This document shows positions 12,386-24,881 of a stretch of 64,000 nucleotides of DNA, piece after piece. The DNA is from Macrostomum lignano. Its lineage: Eukaryota. The position numbers and the translations under genes are program-made. Position 1 is the stretch's first letter, and every line of letters starts with the position of its first letter. Under the pieces are notes generated by a model. The model was not told where the DNA came from and did no database searches. It saw only the letters and a program-made list of their open reading frames with translations. The stretch covers positions 7,559-71,558 of the forward strand of contig NIVC01002342.1 in NCBI GenBank assembly GCA_002269645.1, in the 5' to 3' direction.

Positions 12386-13693
12386 ATGCCTCAGCCATTG
12401 CAGCAGCATACAGACCAAAACTGTGCCACAGCACTCTCACAGCCAGGCTTGTGGTTTTCTAAACCTACTGTTAATCCACTGAAATCTGATCTGAAGCTGC
12501 CCCCATGCACTAGTGAGCTGCAGCTCACTGCCAGCAAGTCCACTGAAGCCAAATCCAACAGTGCACCAACAGCCTCCTGCCACTGCTTCTTGGCTGAGAT
12601 TTGCCAGCTGCACCCCAATTCTGTCTTCGACTGCAAGGATTTGGCCTTGTGAGCATATTGAAGTGGCACAAGAGAGTAGATAGAGAGATTGTGATGGAAG
12701 GAGAGAGTAGATGGAGAGATGGTGATGGGAGGAGAAAGTAGATGGAGAGATTGTGATGAGAGGGAGAGAGAGAGTAGATGGAGAGATTGTGATGGGAGGG
12801 AGAGAGAGTAGATGGAGAGATTGTGATGGAAGGAGAGAGTAGATGGAGAGATTGTGATGGGGGGAGAGAGTAGATGGAGAGATTGTGATGGGAGGAGAGA
12901 GTAGATGGAGAGATGGTGATGGGAGGGGAGAGTAGATGGAGAGATGGTGATGGGAGGGAGAGAGAGTAGATGGAGAGATTGTGATGGGAGGAGAGAGTAG
13001 ATGGAGAGATTGTGATGGGAGGGAGAGAGAGAGTAGATGGAGAGATTGTGATGGGAGGAGAGAGTAGATGGAGAGATGGTGATGGGAGGGAGAGAGAGAG
13101 TAGATGGAGAGATTGTGATGGGAGGGAGAGAGAGAGTAGATAGAGAGGGACGGGAAGAGAGAGTAGATGGAGACATGGTGATGGGAGGGGAGTCATAGGG
13201 TGGTTGCCATCACGCCAACACCCGCCCCGCCGCCCGCAGGCGCTCGGTGACTGTAGAGCTGGACGTGTCGCCCCGCTCCTGCAGGCAGGAGGCGTGGCAG
13301 CTGATAAACTCAGAGGTGGCCGCTGGCTGCACCCTCGCGTCCATCAACGCCAGCCGACTGTCCAGCGGCCGAGTGCTGGTCAGGCCGGAGCTGTCCGCCG
13401 TGCTGCCGCTGACGCTGAGTCACGTGACCCGCCTGTCCGACATTATCGCCGGATGCTCGGTGCGGCTGTGCTGGCAGTGCCGCCACCGCAGGCGGGGAGG
13501 CCCCCTGCTGCGCTGCGCCCGCTGCCGCTACGCCCGGTACTGCGGGCCCGCCTGCCAGGCCGAGGACTGGCGCCGCCACCGTTTGGAGTGCGGCTCGGCC
13601 GTGCGCACCGTGGCCAGGCTGGTCTGCTTCAACTATGCCGGGCCTGAGCCGCCCTTCAACCCCTTCTATGCCTTTGTGTCTGACCTTGCCTGA
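12386..13693 (+). CDS. zf-MYND protein, about 238 aa. Exons 12386-12648 and 13240-13693.
   Basis: Phase-2 join GCC TT|GTGAG ... CGCAG|G CGC keeps the frame; C-terminal CWQC..CARCRYARYCGPACQAEDWRRHRLEC is a canonical MYND finger. Confidence 0.8.
12671..13195. repeat. Purine-rich intronic minisatellite (GAGAGAGTAGATGGAGAGATTGTGATGGGAG-like)
   Basis: Fills most of the MYND-gene intron; unit length varies with GA slippage. Confidence 0.9.
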
Positions 13694-14105
13694 CTCTCCC
13701 TGCCGCCTGACTCTCCCTGCCGTCTGACTCTCCCTGCCGCCTGACTCTCCCTGCCGTCTGACTCTCCCTGCCGCCTGACCTGACTCTCCCTGCCGCCTGA
13801 CTCTCCCTGCCGCCTGACCTGACTCTCCCTGCCGTCTGACTCTCCCTGCCGCCTGACTCCCTGTCGTCTGGCTCCCTGTCGTCTGACTCTGCCGCCTGAC
13901 TCTCCCTGCCACCCGACTCTCCCTGCCGCCTGACTCTCCCTGCCACCCGACTCTCCCTGCCACCCGACTCTCCCTGCCACCCGACTCTCCATGCCACCCG
14001 ACTCTCCCTGCCACCCGACTCTCCCTGCCACCTGACTCCCTGCCACCCGACTCTCCCTGCCACCTGACTCTCCCTGCCACCCGACTCTCCCTGCCACTTG
14101 ACTCA
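13689..14105. repeat. Roughly 17-bp minisatellite (CCTGACTCTCCCTGCCG)n starting at the MYND stop codon
   Basis: The first unit contains the TGA at 13691-13693. Confidence 0.9.
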
Positions 14106-14677
14106 CTGTTTTCCTTCCTGAGTTGCTGACTCCACCTTAATTGCGTTATGCACTCGCCGCCATTCATTGCATCTCCCTGTCTGCAGTAAGTTGCAGTATG
14201 TGTAAAATATGAGTACTATGTTCGTTTTTCGCACCTGTGATCCCATTGTTGATTTGTTTTTAAAATTCAGCTTTATCTAGTTGTACATAAAAACTGATCC
14301 AGGTGTACACTGCCTCATCGATCAATCAGTCATGTGGTTGTGCACGATGCTTTCATAAACAATAAAATTGATAAATAGGCAGTTTATTTCAATCTATAAT
14401 TAGCTGGCTTAAAGTGGCCAGTAAACTCTTTTTCCCCATGATCAGGCACTCATTCCGTGTTGGTAATTCGCTTGCTAATCAGCCAATATCCAGTCGCATC
14501 TGTTGATAGCAGCCAGCCAGCCAATGAGAGGCATTCGTTGCGGCACTAGTCAAGTCTTAAATGTTCTCCTGTGTGGGCAGCTGAAGACGACTATTTGTGA
14601 CCCGTCAGTCACTCATTTGCGCCTTTATTATTGAGTTAAATTGTGATTCAGCGCTGGCTCAGAATCCTTCCCGCCGC

Positions 14678-17123
14678 ATGGACTCGGGCTGGCAGCAGGT
14701 GGGGATGGTCTCCGACCTCGCCAAGGTGCGCTGCCGCCGGCTGTTCACCGAGCGAAGGGAGGACAGCATCGTCCTGGTGCACCTGCGGGGCCAGTTCTTC
14801 GCCATGAACGCCTGGTGTCCGCATCAGGGTAAAGGAGGGGGTAGTCTGCTCAGGATTCGAGTGCTGTGTGAATGTGTCTGCTCAGGATTCTAGTGCTGTG
14901 TGACTGTGTCTGATCAGGATTCTAGCGCTGTGTGAATGTGTCTGATCAGGATTCTAGCGCTGTGTGAATGTGTCTGATCAGGTTTCGAGTGCTGTGTGAA
15001 TGTGTCTGCTCAGGATTCGAGTGCTGTGTGAATGTGTCTGCTCAGGATTCGAGTGCTGTGTGAATGTGTCTGCTCAGGATTCTAACGCTGTGTGAATGTG
15101 TCTGCTCAAGATTCGAGCGCTGTGTGAATGTGTCTGCAGGGTGAGTGCAGTGTGAATGTGTCTGCAGTGTGAATGTGTCTGCAGGGCGAGTGCAGTGTGA
15201 ATGTGTCTGCAGGGTGAGTGCAGTGTGAATGTGTCTGCAGTGTGAATGTGTCTGCAGTGTGAATGTGTCTGCAGGGCGAGTGCAGTGTGATTGTGTCTGC
15301 AGGGCGAGTGCAGTGTGAATGTGTCTGCAGTGTGAATGTGTCTGCAGGGCGAGTGCAGTGTGAATGTATCTGCAGGGCGAGTGCAGTGTGAATGTGTCTG
15401 CAGGGTGAGTGCAGTGTGAATTTGTCTACAGGGCGAGTGCAGTGTGAATGTGTCTGCAGTGTGAATGTGTCTGCAGGGCGAGTGCAGTGTGAATGTGTCT
15501 GCAGGGCGAGTGCAGTGTGAATGTGTCTGCAGGGCGAGTGCAGTGTGAATGTGTCTGCAGGGCGAGTGCAGTGTGAATGTGTCTGCAGGGCGAGTGCAGT
15601 GTGAATGTGTCTGCAGGGCGAGTGCAGTGTGAATGTATCTGCAGGGCGAGTGCAGTGTGAATGTGTCTGCAGGGTGAGTGCAGTGTGAATTTGTCTGCAG
15701 GGCGAGTGCAGTGTGAATGTGTCTGCAGTGTGAATGTGTCTGCAGGGCGAGTGCAGTGTGAATGTGTCTGCAGGGCGAGTGCAGTGTGAATGTGTCTGCA
15801 GGGTGAGTGCAGTGTGAATGTGTCTGCAGGGTGAATGCTGTGTGAATGTGTCTGCAGGGTGAGTGCAGTGTGAATGTGTCTGCAGGGTGAGTGCAGTGTG
15901 AATGTGTCTGCAGGGTGAGTGCAGTGTGAATGTGTCTGCAGGGTGAGTGCAGTGTGAATGTGTCTGCAGGGTGAGTGCAGTGTGAATGTGTCTGCAGGGT
16001 GAGTGCAGTGTGAATGTGTCTGCAGGGTGAATGCTGTGTGAATGTGTCTGCAGGGTGAATGCTGTGTGAATGTGTCTGCAGGGTGAGTGTTGTTTGAATG
16101 TGTGCAAGGGATTGCTGGATGAATGCGAGTGAAATGCAGTGTGCAAATCACAGCGAGCTGATTGAAAATTTGGCCAACCGCCAAGGCAGTGTGCATTCCT
16201 GACCATTAGAAAATCAAAGCCAGTGCACCCTGTGTGAGCAGGAGTACGAGTGCGTGCCTGCGTACAGTATCCGCGTGCTTGTATGTGCTCGGGATTCAGC
16301 GGAACCGGCAGAATTGCTTCAGCGCCGGTTCTGCTGGTTCTGATCAATTCTTGTATCAAGGCGAATCCCAACAGAAGTAACATGAGATTCGTTCAAATCC
16401 GGCAGGCGGGCCGCTGTTCCGCGGCGACATCGAGGACGTGAACGGGCAGCACTGCCTCGTCTGCCCGCTGCACCGGTACGCATTCAGCCTCAGCGACGGC
16501 ACCGCCAGCTGCGGCCTGCGGGTAGGTTGCCGGTCTCTGAGCACTGAGCACTGAGCAGGCCTCTAAGAGCCGAGCCGGAGAAGCCGCCGTCGCGAACCCC
16601 TTTTCATCTCTCCCTCTCGAAATTTTGATGAGCGCCCGGCCCATCATTTTAATTCCGAGTCAGATTTTACCGTCGCGGCTCTTTGAGCACCGCGGCTTTG
16701 ACTTTGATGGGAGCAGGTGGTCGGCGGGGGAGGGGGGGGCTGCCCTCGCTATCCGAGTCATGCGACCGCCGCCTGCCCACCCAAGCTGGCTAAATCCCTC
16801 TCCCGCCTCGCTATAGGGAGGATTTCATGAGTTCAAACCGGGCTTTGCCTCCGGGACAAGCCGGTTGTTGTCCCCGGGATCCGGCCGTCTGCTCCTGTGC
16901 GTCTGCAGCCTCGCGGCGGGTTTAATCAGCCAGCGCTGCTACCCTTGATTTCTTTTCGCGGCCGGCTGCCTCTCCCTAGCGGAAGTCGGGGTGGGGGAGA
17001 AGGGCGGAGCTCACGCGGCTGTTTTTGCCCTGTCTTTTGCAGCAGTCGACTTTCGAGTGCAAGGAAGAGGCGGGCCAGTTGTACATCCGGTGCCCCTTCC
17101 GGTTGTCGCTGCAGCCATTATGA
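14678..17123 (+). CDS. RFESD: Rieske [2Fe-2S] domain protein, RFESD-like, 115 aa. Exons 14678-14828, 16406-16521, 17043-17123.
   Basis: Splicing gives MNAWCPHQG|GPLFRGDIEDVNGQHCLVCPLHRYAFSLSDG (CxH...CxxH ligands, GDIED motif); phases 1 and 0 are consistent. Confidence 0.88.
14845..16095. repeat. Intronic minisatellite: 32-bp units grading into 28-bp units (AGTGCAGTGTGAATGTGTCTGCAGGGCG)
   Basis: Shared core GTGTGAATGTGTCTG; occupies most of Rieske intron 1. Confidence 0.95.
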
Positions 17124-17695
17124 GCAGTCTGTTCTCCAAGGCCTCGCTGCTGCTCTGCTTTTTCATTAATTAGACAAAACTGACCTGACTCAGCCATGTG
17201 GCAGACTGGATTCCGCACAAATATTCCATTGACATGGAAATATGCATGCATGTAACTGCACTGCTGTATAGAATCCCTGCTCAGCCTCGTGAGGACATGC
17301 CATGTCACCTAATTTATGTTCTCACGCAGTAGTACAAGCTCTGTAATAAGAAAACTTGACGGCTTGAGGGCTGAAAACTCAGTCCTTTTGTAATCCTATC
17401 TCGCCTCCACACTTCCGCATTGCAACTCGAGCAAGCCTGTGTTTATCCGAGTGCAGCTCAACCAGCTTCCTGGAGTCGGAATGGCTGTATACAAGCCTCT
17501 ATGTCTGACATCTGGCAAGCGGAGTCAGTAATGAATTTGTTTCACAGCAGTTTTTTAGAGAAGACAAGTTCCAAAATCGTGCGTTTTACGAGCGTATGCT
17601 CTGCTGACCAACCAATTTTTTATTCTGAAACTGCATCTGCAGATCCATTTATAAGCTGTAAATGTAAGCTGTAAAATTAATCACTTCAAGTTTCT

Positions 17696-18731
17696 GACAG
17701 TCAAATCCGCTCCAGACAGTCAGATCCGCCAGACAGTCAGATCCGCCACAGACAGTCAGATCCGCCACAGACTGTCACATCCGCCACAGACTGTCACAGA
17801 TCCGCCCCAGACAGTCAGATCCGCCACAGACTGTCACAGATCCGCCCCAGACAGTCAGATCCGCCACAGACTGTCACAGATCCGCCACAGACTGTCACAG
17901 ATCCGCCCCAGACAGTCAGAACCGCCCCAGACAGTCAGATCCGCCCCAGACAGTCAGATCCGCCACAGACAGTCAGATCCGCCACAGACAGGCACAGATC
18001 CGCCCCAGGCAGTCAGATCCGCCCCAGACAGTCAGATCCGCCACAGACAGTCAGATCCGCCACAGACAGGCGCAGATTCGCTCCAGATATTCACATCCGC
18101 CACAGACAGATCCGCCACAGACAGTCACATCCGTCACAGACAGTCAGATCCGCCACAGACAGTCACATCCGCCACAGACAGTCAGATCCGTCACAGACAG
18201 TCACATCCGTCACAGATACTCAGATCCGCCACAGACAGTCAGATCCGCCACAGACAGTCACATCCGCTCCAGACATTCACATCCGCCACAGACAGTCACA
18301 TCCGCCACAGACAGTCAGATCCGCCCCAGACAGTCAGATCCGCCACAGACAGGCGCAGATTCGCTCCAGACATTCACATCCGCCACAGACAGATCCGCCA
18401 CAGACAGTCACATCCGCCACAGACAGTCAGATCCGCCCCAGACAGTCAGATCCGCCACAGACAGGCGCAGATTCGCTCCAGACATTCACATCCGCCACAG
18501 ACAGATCCGCCACAGACAGTCACATCCGCTACAGACAGTCAGATCCGCCACAGACAGGCGCAGATCAACCCCAGACAGGCACAGATCCGCTCCAGACATT
18601 CACATCCGCCACAGACAGATCCGCCACAGACAGTCACATCCGCCACAGACAGTCAGATCCGCGACAGACATTCACATCCGCCACAGACAGTCGGATCCGC
18701 CACAGACAGGCACAGATCCACCCCAGACAGG
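17696..18731. repeat. 19-bp satellite B (ACAGTCAGATCCGCCACAG)n, array 1
   Basis: Degenerate tandem array; the same family occurs at 25491, 35187 and 36717. Confidence 0.95.
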
Positions 18732-18736
18732 AGGAG

Positions 18737-18907
18737 GCTTCACAAGCGCTAATTTTCATAAGCGCTAACTCACCTACTTTCACAAGCGCTAAATTTCACA
18801 AACGCTAACTCACCTACTTTCACAAGCGCTAAATTTCACAGACGTTAAACTTTATAACCGCTAACTCACTTACTTTCACAAGCGCTAAACTTCACAAGCG
18901 CTAAACT
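18737..18907. repeat. Repeat C (TTCACAAGCGCTAAA core), left part, interrupted by Helitron copy 1
   Basis: Continues as TCACAAGCGCTAAA at 25285; same arrangement at 26019-26189 / 34981. Confidence 0.9.
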
Positions 18908-19456
18908 TCTAATATACTAAAAATGGTCTGTCGGTATGTGTGTGTGTATGTGTGTGTGTGATCGATTTTAGCAAAAATGGCTCAACCGATTTTCTTCGAA
19001 CTTGCACCATTCGATCAGAAATTTTTCCGTGACGGTACATGCATCGTGGCTAAGAAATTGCTCGATGCTAAAGGGATTAAATATTCGAAAAACATGCTTT
19101 TTTGCAAAGGTCAAGCAGCTATTTCGACTTGAAACGCACTGTAAAAATGCTAGAGAAAAAACTGACTGGTTGAATTCTGATTCTGAAATAGATTGCATCA
19201 CAATACACTTTATTTATCGTCTGTGTACTGGCTAAATTTGACACTCAATTGAATTGCGTCACAGCTTTGAGTGTGAAAGTATAGTGCAGTACTGAATTTA
19301 TATTACGTAACCATATTGTTAGCTTTCATAGACACTGGTACTGACTTGCCTAAGAAATTGATTATGTCATAACTGCTTCGTGTGACTTTTTACTCTACCT
19401 GACTTGGTGTGAGTGTTGAATTATATAAGTGGTACAAATTCACTGATAACTTCGAT

Positions 19457-19516
19457 GAGAGCTAGCCTAGAGCTGAGCAGACCAGACTGCTAATGCAGCG
19501 ACCTGGGTTCGAATCT
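19457..19516 (+). other. tRNA-derived (Ser-GCT-like) SINE-type head preceding each 24/48-bp array (5 copies)
   Basis: A-box-like TAGCCTAGAG, GACTGCTAAT resembling a Ser(GCT) anticodon loop, B-box GGTTCGAATC; no acceptor-stem closure or CCA. Confidence 0.55.
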
Positions 19517-19575
19517 AAGTAGTAGTGTAAAATTTTTTATTAAAAGCTTTTATTAAAGGACTAAATAAAAACACT

Positions 19576-20790
19576 TAGATTACTGCACTCGATAAGCTAA
19601 GGATTATTGCTCTTGGCAAACCAAGGATTACTGCACTCGATAAGCCAAGGATTGTTGCTATTAATAAACCAAGGATTACTGCACTCGATAAGCCAAGGAT
19701 TATTGCTATTAATAAACCAAGGATTACTGCACTCAATAAACCAAGGACTATTGCTATTAATAAACCAAGGATTACTGCACTCAATAAACCAAGGACTATT
19801 GCTCTTGGCAAACCAAGGATTACTGCACTCGATAAGCCAAGGATTGTTGCTATTAATAAACCAAGGATTACTGCACTCGATAAGCCATGGATTATTGCTA
19901 TTAATAAACCAAGGATTACTGCACTCGATAAGCCAAGGATTATTGCTATTAATAAACCAAGGATTACTGCACTCGATAAGCCAAGGATTATTGTAAACCA
20001 AGGATTACTGCACTCGATAAGCCAAGGATTATAGCTATTAATAAACCAAGGATTATGCACTTGGCAAACCAAGGATTACTGCACTCGATAAGCCAAGGAT
20101 TATTGCTATTAATAAACCAAGGATTACTGCACTCAATAAACCAAGGACTATTGCTATTAATAAACCAAGGATTACTGCACTCAATAAACCAAGGACTATT
20201 GCTATTAATAAACCAAGGATTACTGCACTCAATAAACCAAGGACTATTGCTATTAATAAACCAAGGATTACTGCACTCAATAAACCAAGGACTATTGCTA
20301 TTAATAAACCAAGGATTACTGCACTCAATAAACCAAGGACTATTGCTCTTGGCAAACCAAGGATTACTGCACTCGATAAGCCAAGGATTGTTGCTATTAA
20401 TAAACCAAGGATTACTGCACTCGATAAGCCAAGGATTATTGCTATTAATAAACCAAGGATTACTGCACTCAATAAACCAAGGACTATTGCTATTAATAAA
20501 CCAAGGATTACTGCACTCAATAAACCAAGGACTATTGCTATTAATAAACCAAGGATTACTGCACTCAATAAACCAAGGACTATTGCTCTTGGCAAACCAA
20601 GGATTACTGCACTCGATAAGCCAAGGATTGTTGCTATTAATAAACCAAGGATTACTGCACTCGATAAGCCAAGGATTATTGCTATTAATAAACCAAGGAT
20701 TACTGCACTCGATAAGCCATGGATTATTGCTATTAATAAACCAAGGATTACTGCACTCGATAGCCAAGGATTACTGCGCTTGATAAGCTT
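19576..20790. repeat. 24-bp alternating / 48-bp higher-order satellite (CCAAGGAYT core), array 1
   Basis: Alternating CCAAGGATTACTGCACTC(GATAAG/AATAAA) and CCAAGGAYTRTTGCT(ATTAATAAA/CTTGGCAAA). Confidence 0.97.
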
Positions 20791-20970
20791 GGCTACATGT
20801 ATAGGATTATTTCTATCCAGGGATGCTTGCTATTTAGGGATTCTTGCTATGTGCAGGATGCTTGCTATCTGGGTGGATGCTTGCTAGGAGTATTAGGGGA
20901 TGCTTGCTACTGGGGGGATGCTTGCTGTCTTGGGAATATTTTCTATTTAGGGGTAATGACTAAAATTCAT

Positions 20971-21030
20971 GAGAGCTAGCCTAGAGGTAAACAGACTAAA
21001 CTGCTAAATGCAGGGACGATGGTTCGAATT
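20971..21030 (+). other. Second, diverged tRNA-derived head following each 24/48-bp array (5 copies)
   Basis: GAGAGCTAGCCTAGAG...CTGCTAAATGCAG...GGTTCGAAT, a direct-repeat paralogue of 19457. Confidence 0.5.
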
Positions 21031-21087
21031 TTTAGAGAGTAGAGTTTTTTTAATTAAAGCTTTTTAACGTCAAGACAAAAAAAATTA

Positions 21088-21475
21088 TGGAAGCGTCATG
21101 TAAACAATCATAGAAGCGTCATGTAAACAATCATAGAAGCGTCATGCAAGCAATCATAGAAGCGTAATGTTAAAATCATACAAGCGTCATGTAAACAATC
21201 ATACAAGCGTCATGTAAACAATCATAGAAGCGTCATGTAAAAATCATAGAAGCGTCATGTAAAAATCATAGAAGCGTCATGAAAAAATCATAGAAGCGTC
21301 ATGTAAAAATCATAGAAGCGTCATGTAAACAATCATACAAGCGTCATGTAAACAATCATACAAGCGTCATGTAAACAATCATACAAGCGTCATGTAAACA
21401 ATCATACAAGCGTCATGTAAACAATCATACAAGCGTCATGTAAACAATCATACAAGCGTCATGTAAACAATCATA
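21088..21475. repeat. 22-23-bp satellite (GAAGCGTCATGTAAACAATCATA)n, array 1
   Basis: Also at about 23473, 28370, 30657 and 33170. Confidence 0.95.
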
Positions 21476-21720
21476 GACACTGGTACTGACTTGCCTAAGA
21501 AATTGATTATGTCATAACTGCTTCGTGTGACTTTTTACTCTACCTGACTTGGTGTGAGTGTTGAATTATATAAGTGGTACAAATTCACTGATAACTTCGA
21601 TGAGAGCTAGCCTAGAGCTGAGCAGACCAGACTGCTAATGCAGCGACCTGGGTTCGAATCTAAGTAGTAGTGTAAAATTTTTTATTAAAAGCTTTTATTA
21701 AAGGACTAAATAAAAACACT

Positions 21721-23175
21721 TAGATTACTGCACTCGATAAGCTAAGGATTATTGCTCTTGGCAAACCAAGGATTACTGCACTCGATAAGCCAAGGATTGT
21801 TGCTATTAATAAACCAAGGATTACTGCACTCGATAAGCCAAGGATTATTGCTATTATTAAACCAAGGATTACTGCACTCAATAAACCAAGGACTATTGCT
21901 ATTAATAAACCAAGGATTACTGCACTCAATAAACCAAGGACTATTGCTCTTGGCAAACCAAGGATTACTGCACTCGATAAGCCAAGGATTGTTGCTATTA
22001 ATAAACCAAGGATTACTGCACTCGATAAGCCATGGATTATTGCTATTAATAAACCAAGGATTACTGCACTCAATAAACCAAGGACTATTGCTATTAATAA
22101 ACCAAGGATTACTGCACTCAATAAACCAAGGACTATTGCTCTTGGCAAACCAAGGATTACTGCACTCGATAAGCCATGGATTATTGCTATTAATAAACCA
22201 AGGATTACTGCACTCGATAAGCCAAGGATTATTGCTATTAATAAACCAAGGATTACTGCACTCGATAAGCCAAGGAATATTGTAAACCAAGGATTACTGC
22301 ACTCGATAAGCCAAGGATTATAGCTATTAATAAACCAAGGATTATGCACTTGGCAAACCAAGGATTACTGCACTCGATAAGCCAAGGATTATTGCTATTA
22401 ATAAACCAAGGATTACTGCACTCAATAAACCAAGGACTATTGCTATTAATAAACCAAGGATTACTGCACTCGATAAGCCAAGGACTATTGCTATTAATAA
22501 ACCAAGGATTACTGCACTCAATAAACCAAGGACTATTGCTATTAATAAACCAAGGATTACTGCACTCAATAAACCAAGGACTATTGCTATTAATAAACCA
22601 AGGATTACTGCACTCAATAAACCAAGGACTGTTGCTATTAATAAACCAAGGATTACTGCACTCAATAAACCAAGGACTATTGCTATTAATAAACCAAGGA
22701 TTACTGCACTCAATAAACCAAGGACTATTGCTCTTGGCAAACCAAGGATTACTGCACTCGATAAGCCAAGGATTGTTGCTATTAATAAACCAAGGATTAC
22801 TGCACTCGATAAGCCAAGGATTATTGCTATTAATAAACCAAGGATTACTGCACTCAATAAACCAAGGACTATTGCTATTAATAAACCAAGGATTACTGCA
22901 CTCAATAAACCAAGGACTATTGCTATTAATAAACCAAGGATTACTGCACTCAATAAACCAAGGACTATTGCTCTTGGCAAACCAAGGATTACTGCACTTG
23001 ATTTATCAAGGATTATTGCTATTAATAAACCAAGGATTACTGCACTCGATAAGCCAAGGATTATTGCTATTAATAAACCAAGGATTACTGCACTCGATAA
23101 GCCATGGATTATTGCTATTAATAAACCAAGGATTACTGCACTCGATAGCCAAGGATTACTGCGCTTGATAAGCTT
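21721..23175. repeat. 24/48-bp satellite, array 2
   Basis: Same units as 19576. Confidence 0.97.
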
Positions 23176-24881
23176 GGCTACATGTATAGGATTATTTCTA
23201 TCCAGGGATGCTTGCTATTTAGGGATTCTTGCTATGTGCAGGATGCTTGCTATCTGGGTGGATGCTTGCTAGGAGTATTAGGGGATGCTTGCTACTGGGG
23301 GGATGCTTGCTGTCTTGGGAATATTTTCTATTTAGGGGTAATGACTAAAATTCATGAGAGCTAGCCTAGAGGTAAACAGACTAAACTGCTAAATGCAGGG
23401 ACGATGGTTCGAATTTTTAGAGAGTAGAGTTTTTTTAATTAAAGCTTTTTAACGTCAAGACAAAAAAAATTATGGAAGCGTCATGTAAACAATCATAGAA
23501 GCGTCATGTAAACAATCATAGAAGCGTCATGCAAGCAATCATAGAAGCGTAATGTTAAAATCATACAAGCGTCATGTAAACAATCATACAAGCGTCATGT
23601 AAACAATCATAGAAGCGTCATGTAAAAATCATAGAAGCGTCATGTAAAAATCATAGAAGCGTCATGAAAAAATCATAGAAGCGTCATGTAAAAATCATAG
23701 AAGCGTCATGTAAACAATCATACAAGCGTCATGTAAACAATCATACAAGCGTCATGTAAACAATCATACAAGCGTCATGTAAACAATCATACAAGCGTCA
23801 TGTAAACAATCATACAAGCGTCATGTAAACAATCATAGAAGCGTCATGTAAACAATCATAAAAGCGTCATGTAAACAAGCATAGAAGCGTCATGTTAACA
23901 TAGAAGCGTCATGAAAAAATCATAGAAGCCTCATATAAAAACTAATGAAAGTGTCATTTAAAAAATTAAGAAGCATCATGGAAGAATAAAAGAAGCGTAA
24001 CATAAAAATCAAAAGAAGCGTCATGTCAGACATGAAAGAAGTGTCATATAAAAATTAAATGAAGCTATAGTGCTGTGCTGGGGAGAATTACTGAGACGTC
24101 AAGGCTCACAGAGAATAACTGAGATTACAGGGGGGTTTCTGAGATGTTAAAGCAAAAGTCAGAAGCTACTTCAAAGTACATGTACTTTACTTAAGTTTTT
24201 TTATTGTATTCTTTGTTGGCTTGCCACGGTGGGGGGGCGCTGATAGAAGAAGAGTCATGTAAAAATAAAAGGAGCACTATGTATACATAAAATAAAAGTC
24301 ATGTCAAAGTTAAAAGATTCATTTGGGAATTGCTACGATGTCAAAGCTTGGAGGGAATCGTTATAGTGCTGTGATTCTTAAAGAAGGAATCACTTAAATG
24401 CCAAGGCTTAGGGAAGAAGAATTGCTGTGATTTCAAGGCTTTAGGTTGGGTTAAAGTTAGGTTTAGGTCAGGTTTGGGTTGAGGGTTAGATTTTAGCGGG
24501 TTTCAAGGTTAACAGGGGATTTTTTAGATTTCAAGGTTTATGGGGGGCATCGCTGACATGTCAAGGCTTACGAGGGGAATCTATCTATCTATCTATCTAT
24601 AGCTGAGATGTCAAGGCTCACGGGGGAATAAATGAGATGTCAAGGCTAATGTCAGAAGCTACATGTAGTTTATTGGAAAAAAGTTATTACATTATTTGTT
24701 GGCTCCTCACGGGAGGGATCGCTGATAGAAAAAGCGTAATGTAAAAAATAAAAGAAGCTTCATGTCGAAGTTAAGAGATTCATTTGGGAATCTTTACGAT
24801 GTCGAGGCTTGCAGGGAATCGCTATAATGCTGTAGTAGTGCTATAATGACTCTTAGAGAGAATTACTGAAATTTCAATGCT

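Noticed and set aside
18968-19235. 77-aa ORFs duplicated at 26250-26517
   Set aside because: Lie in the non-coding 5' arm of the Helitron-like element; no Rep or helicase motifs
19457-19530. Functional tRNA-Ser gene
   Set aside because: No acceptor-stem pairing and no long variable arm; kept only as a tRNA-derived head
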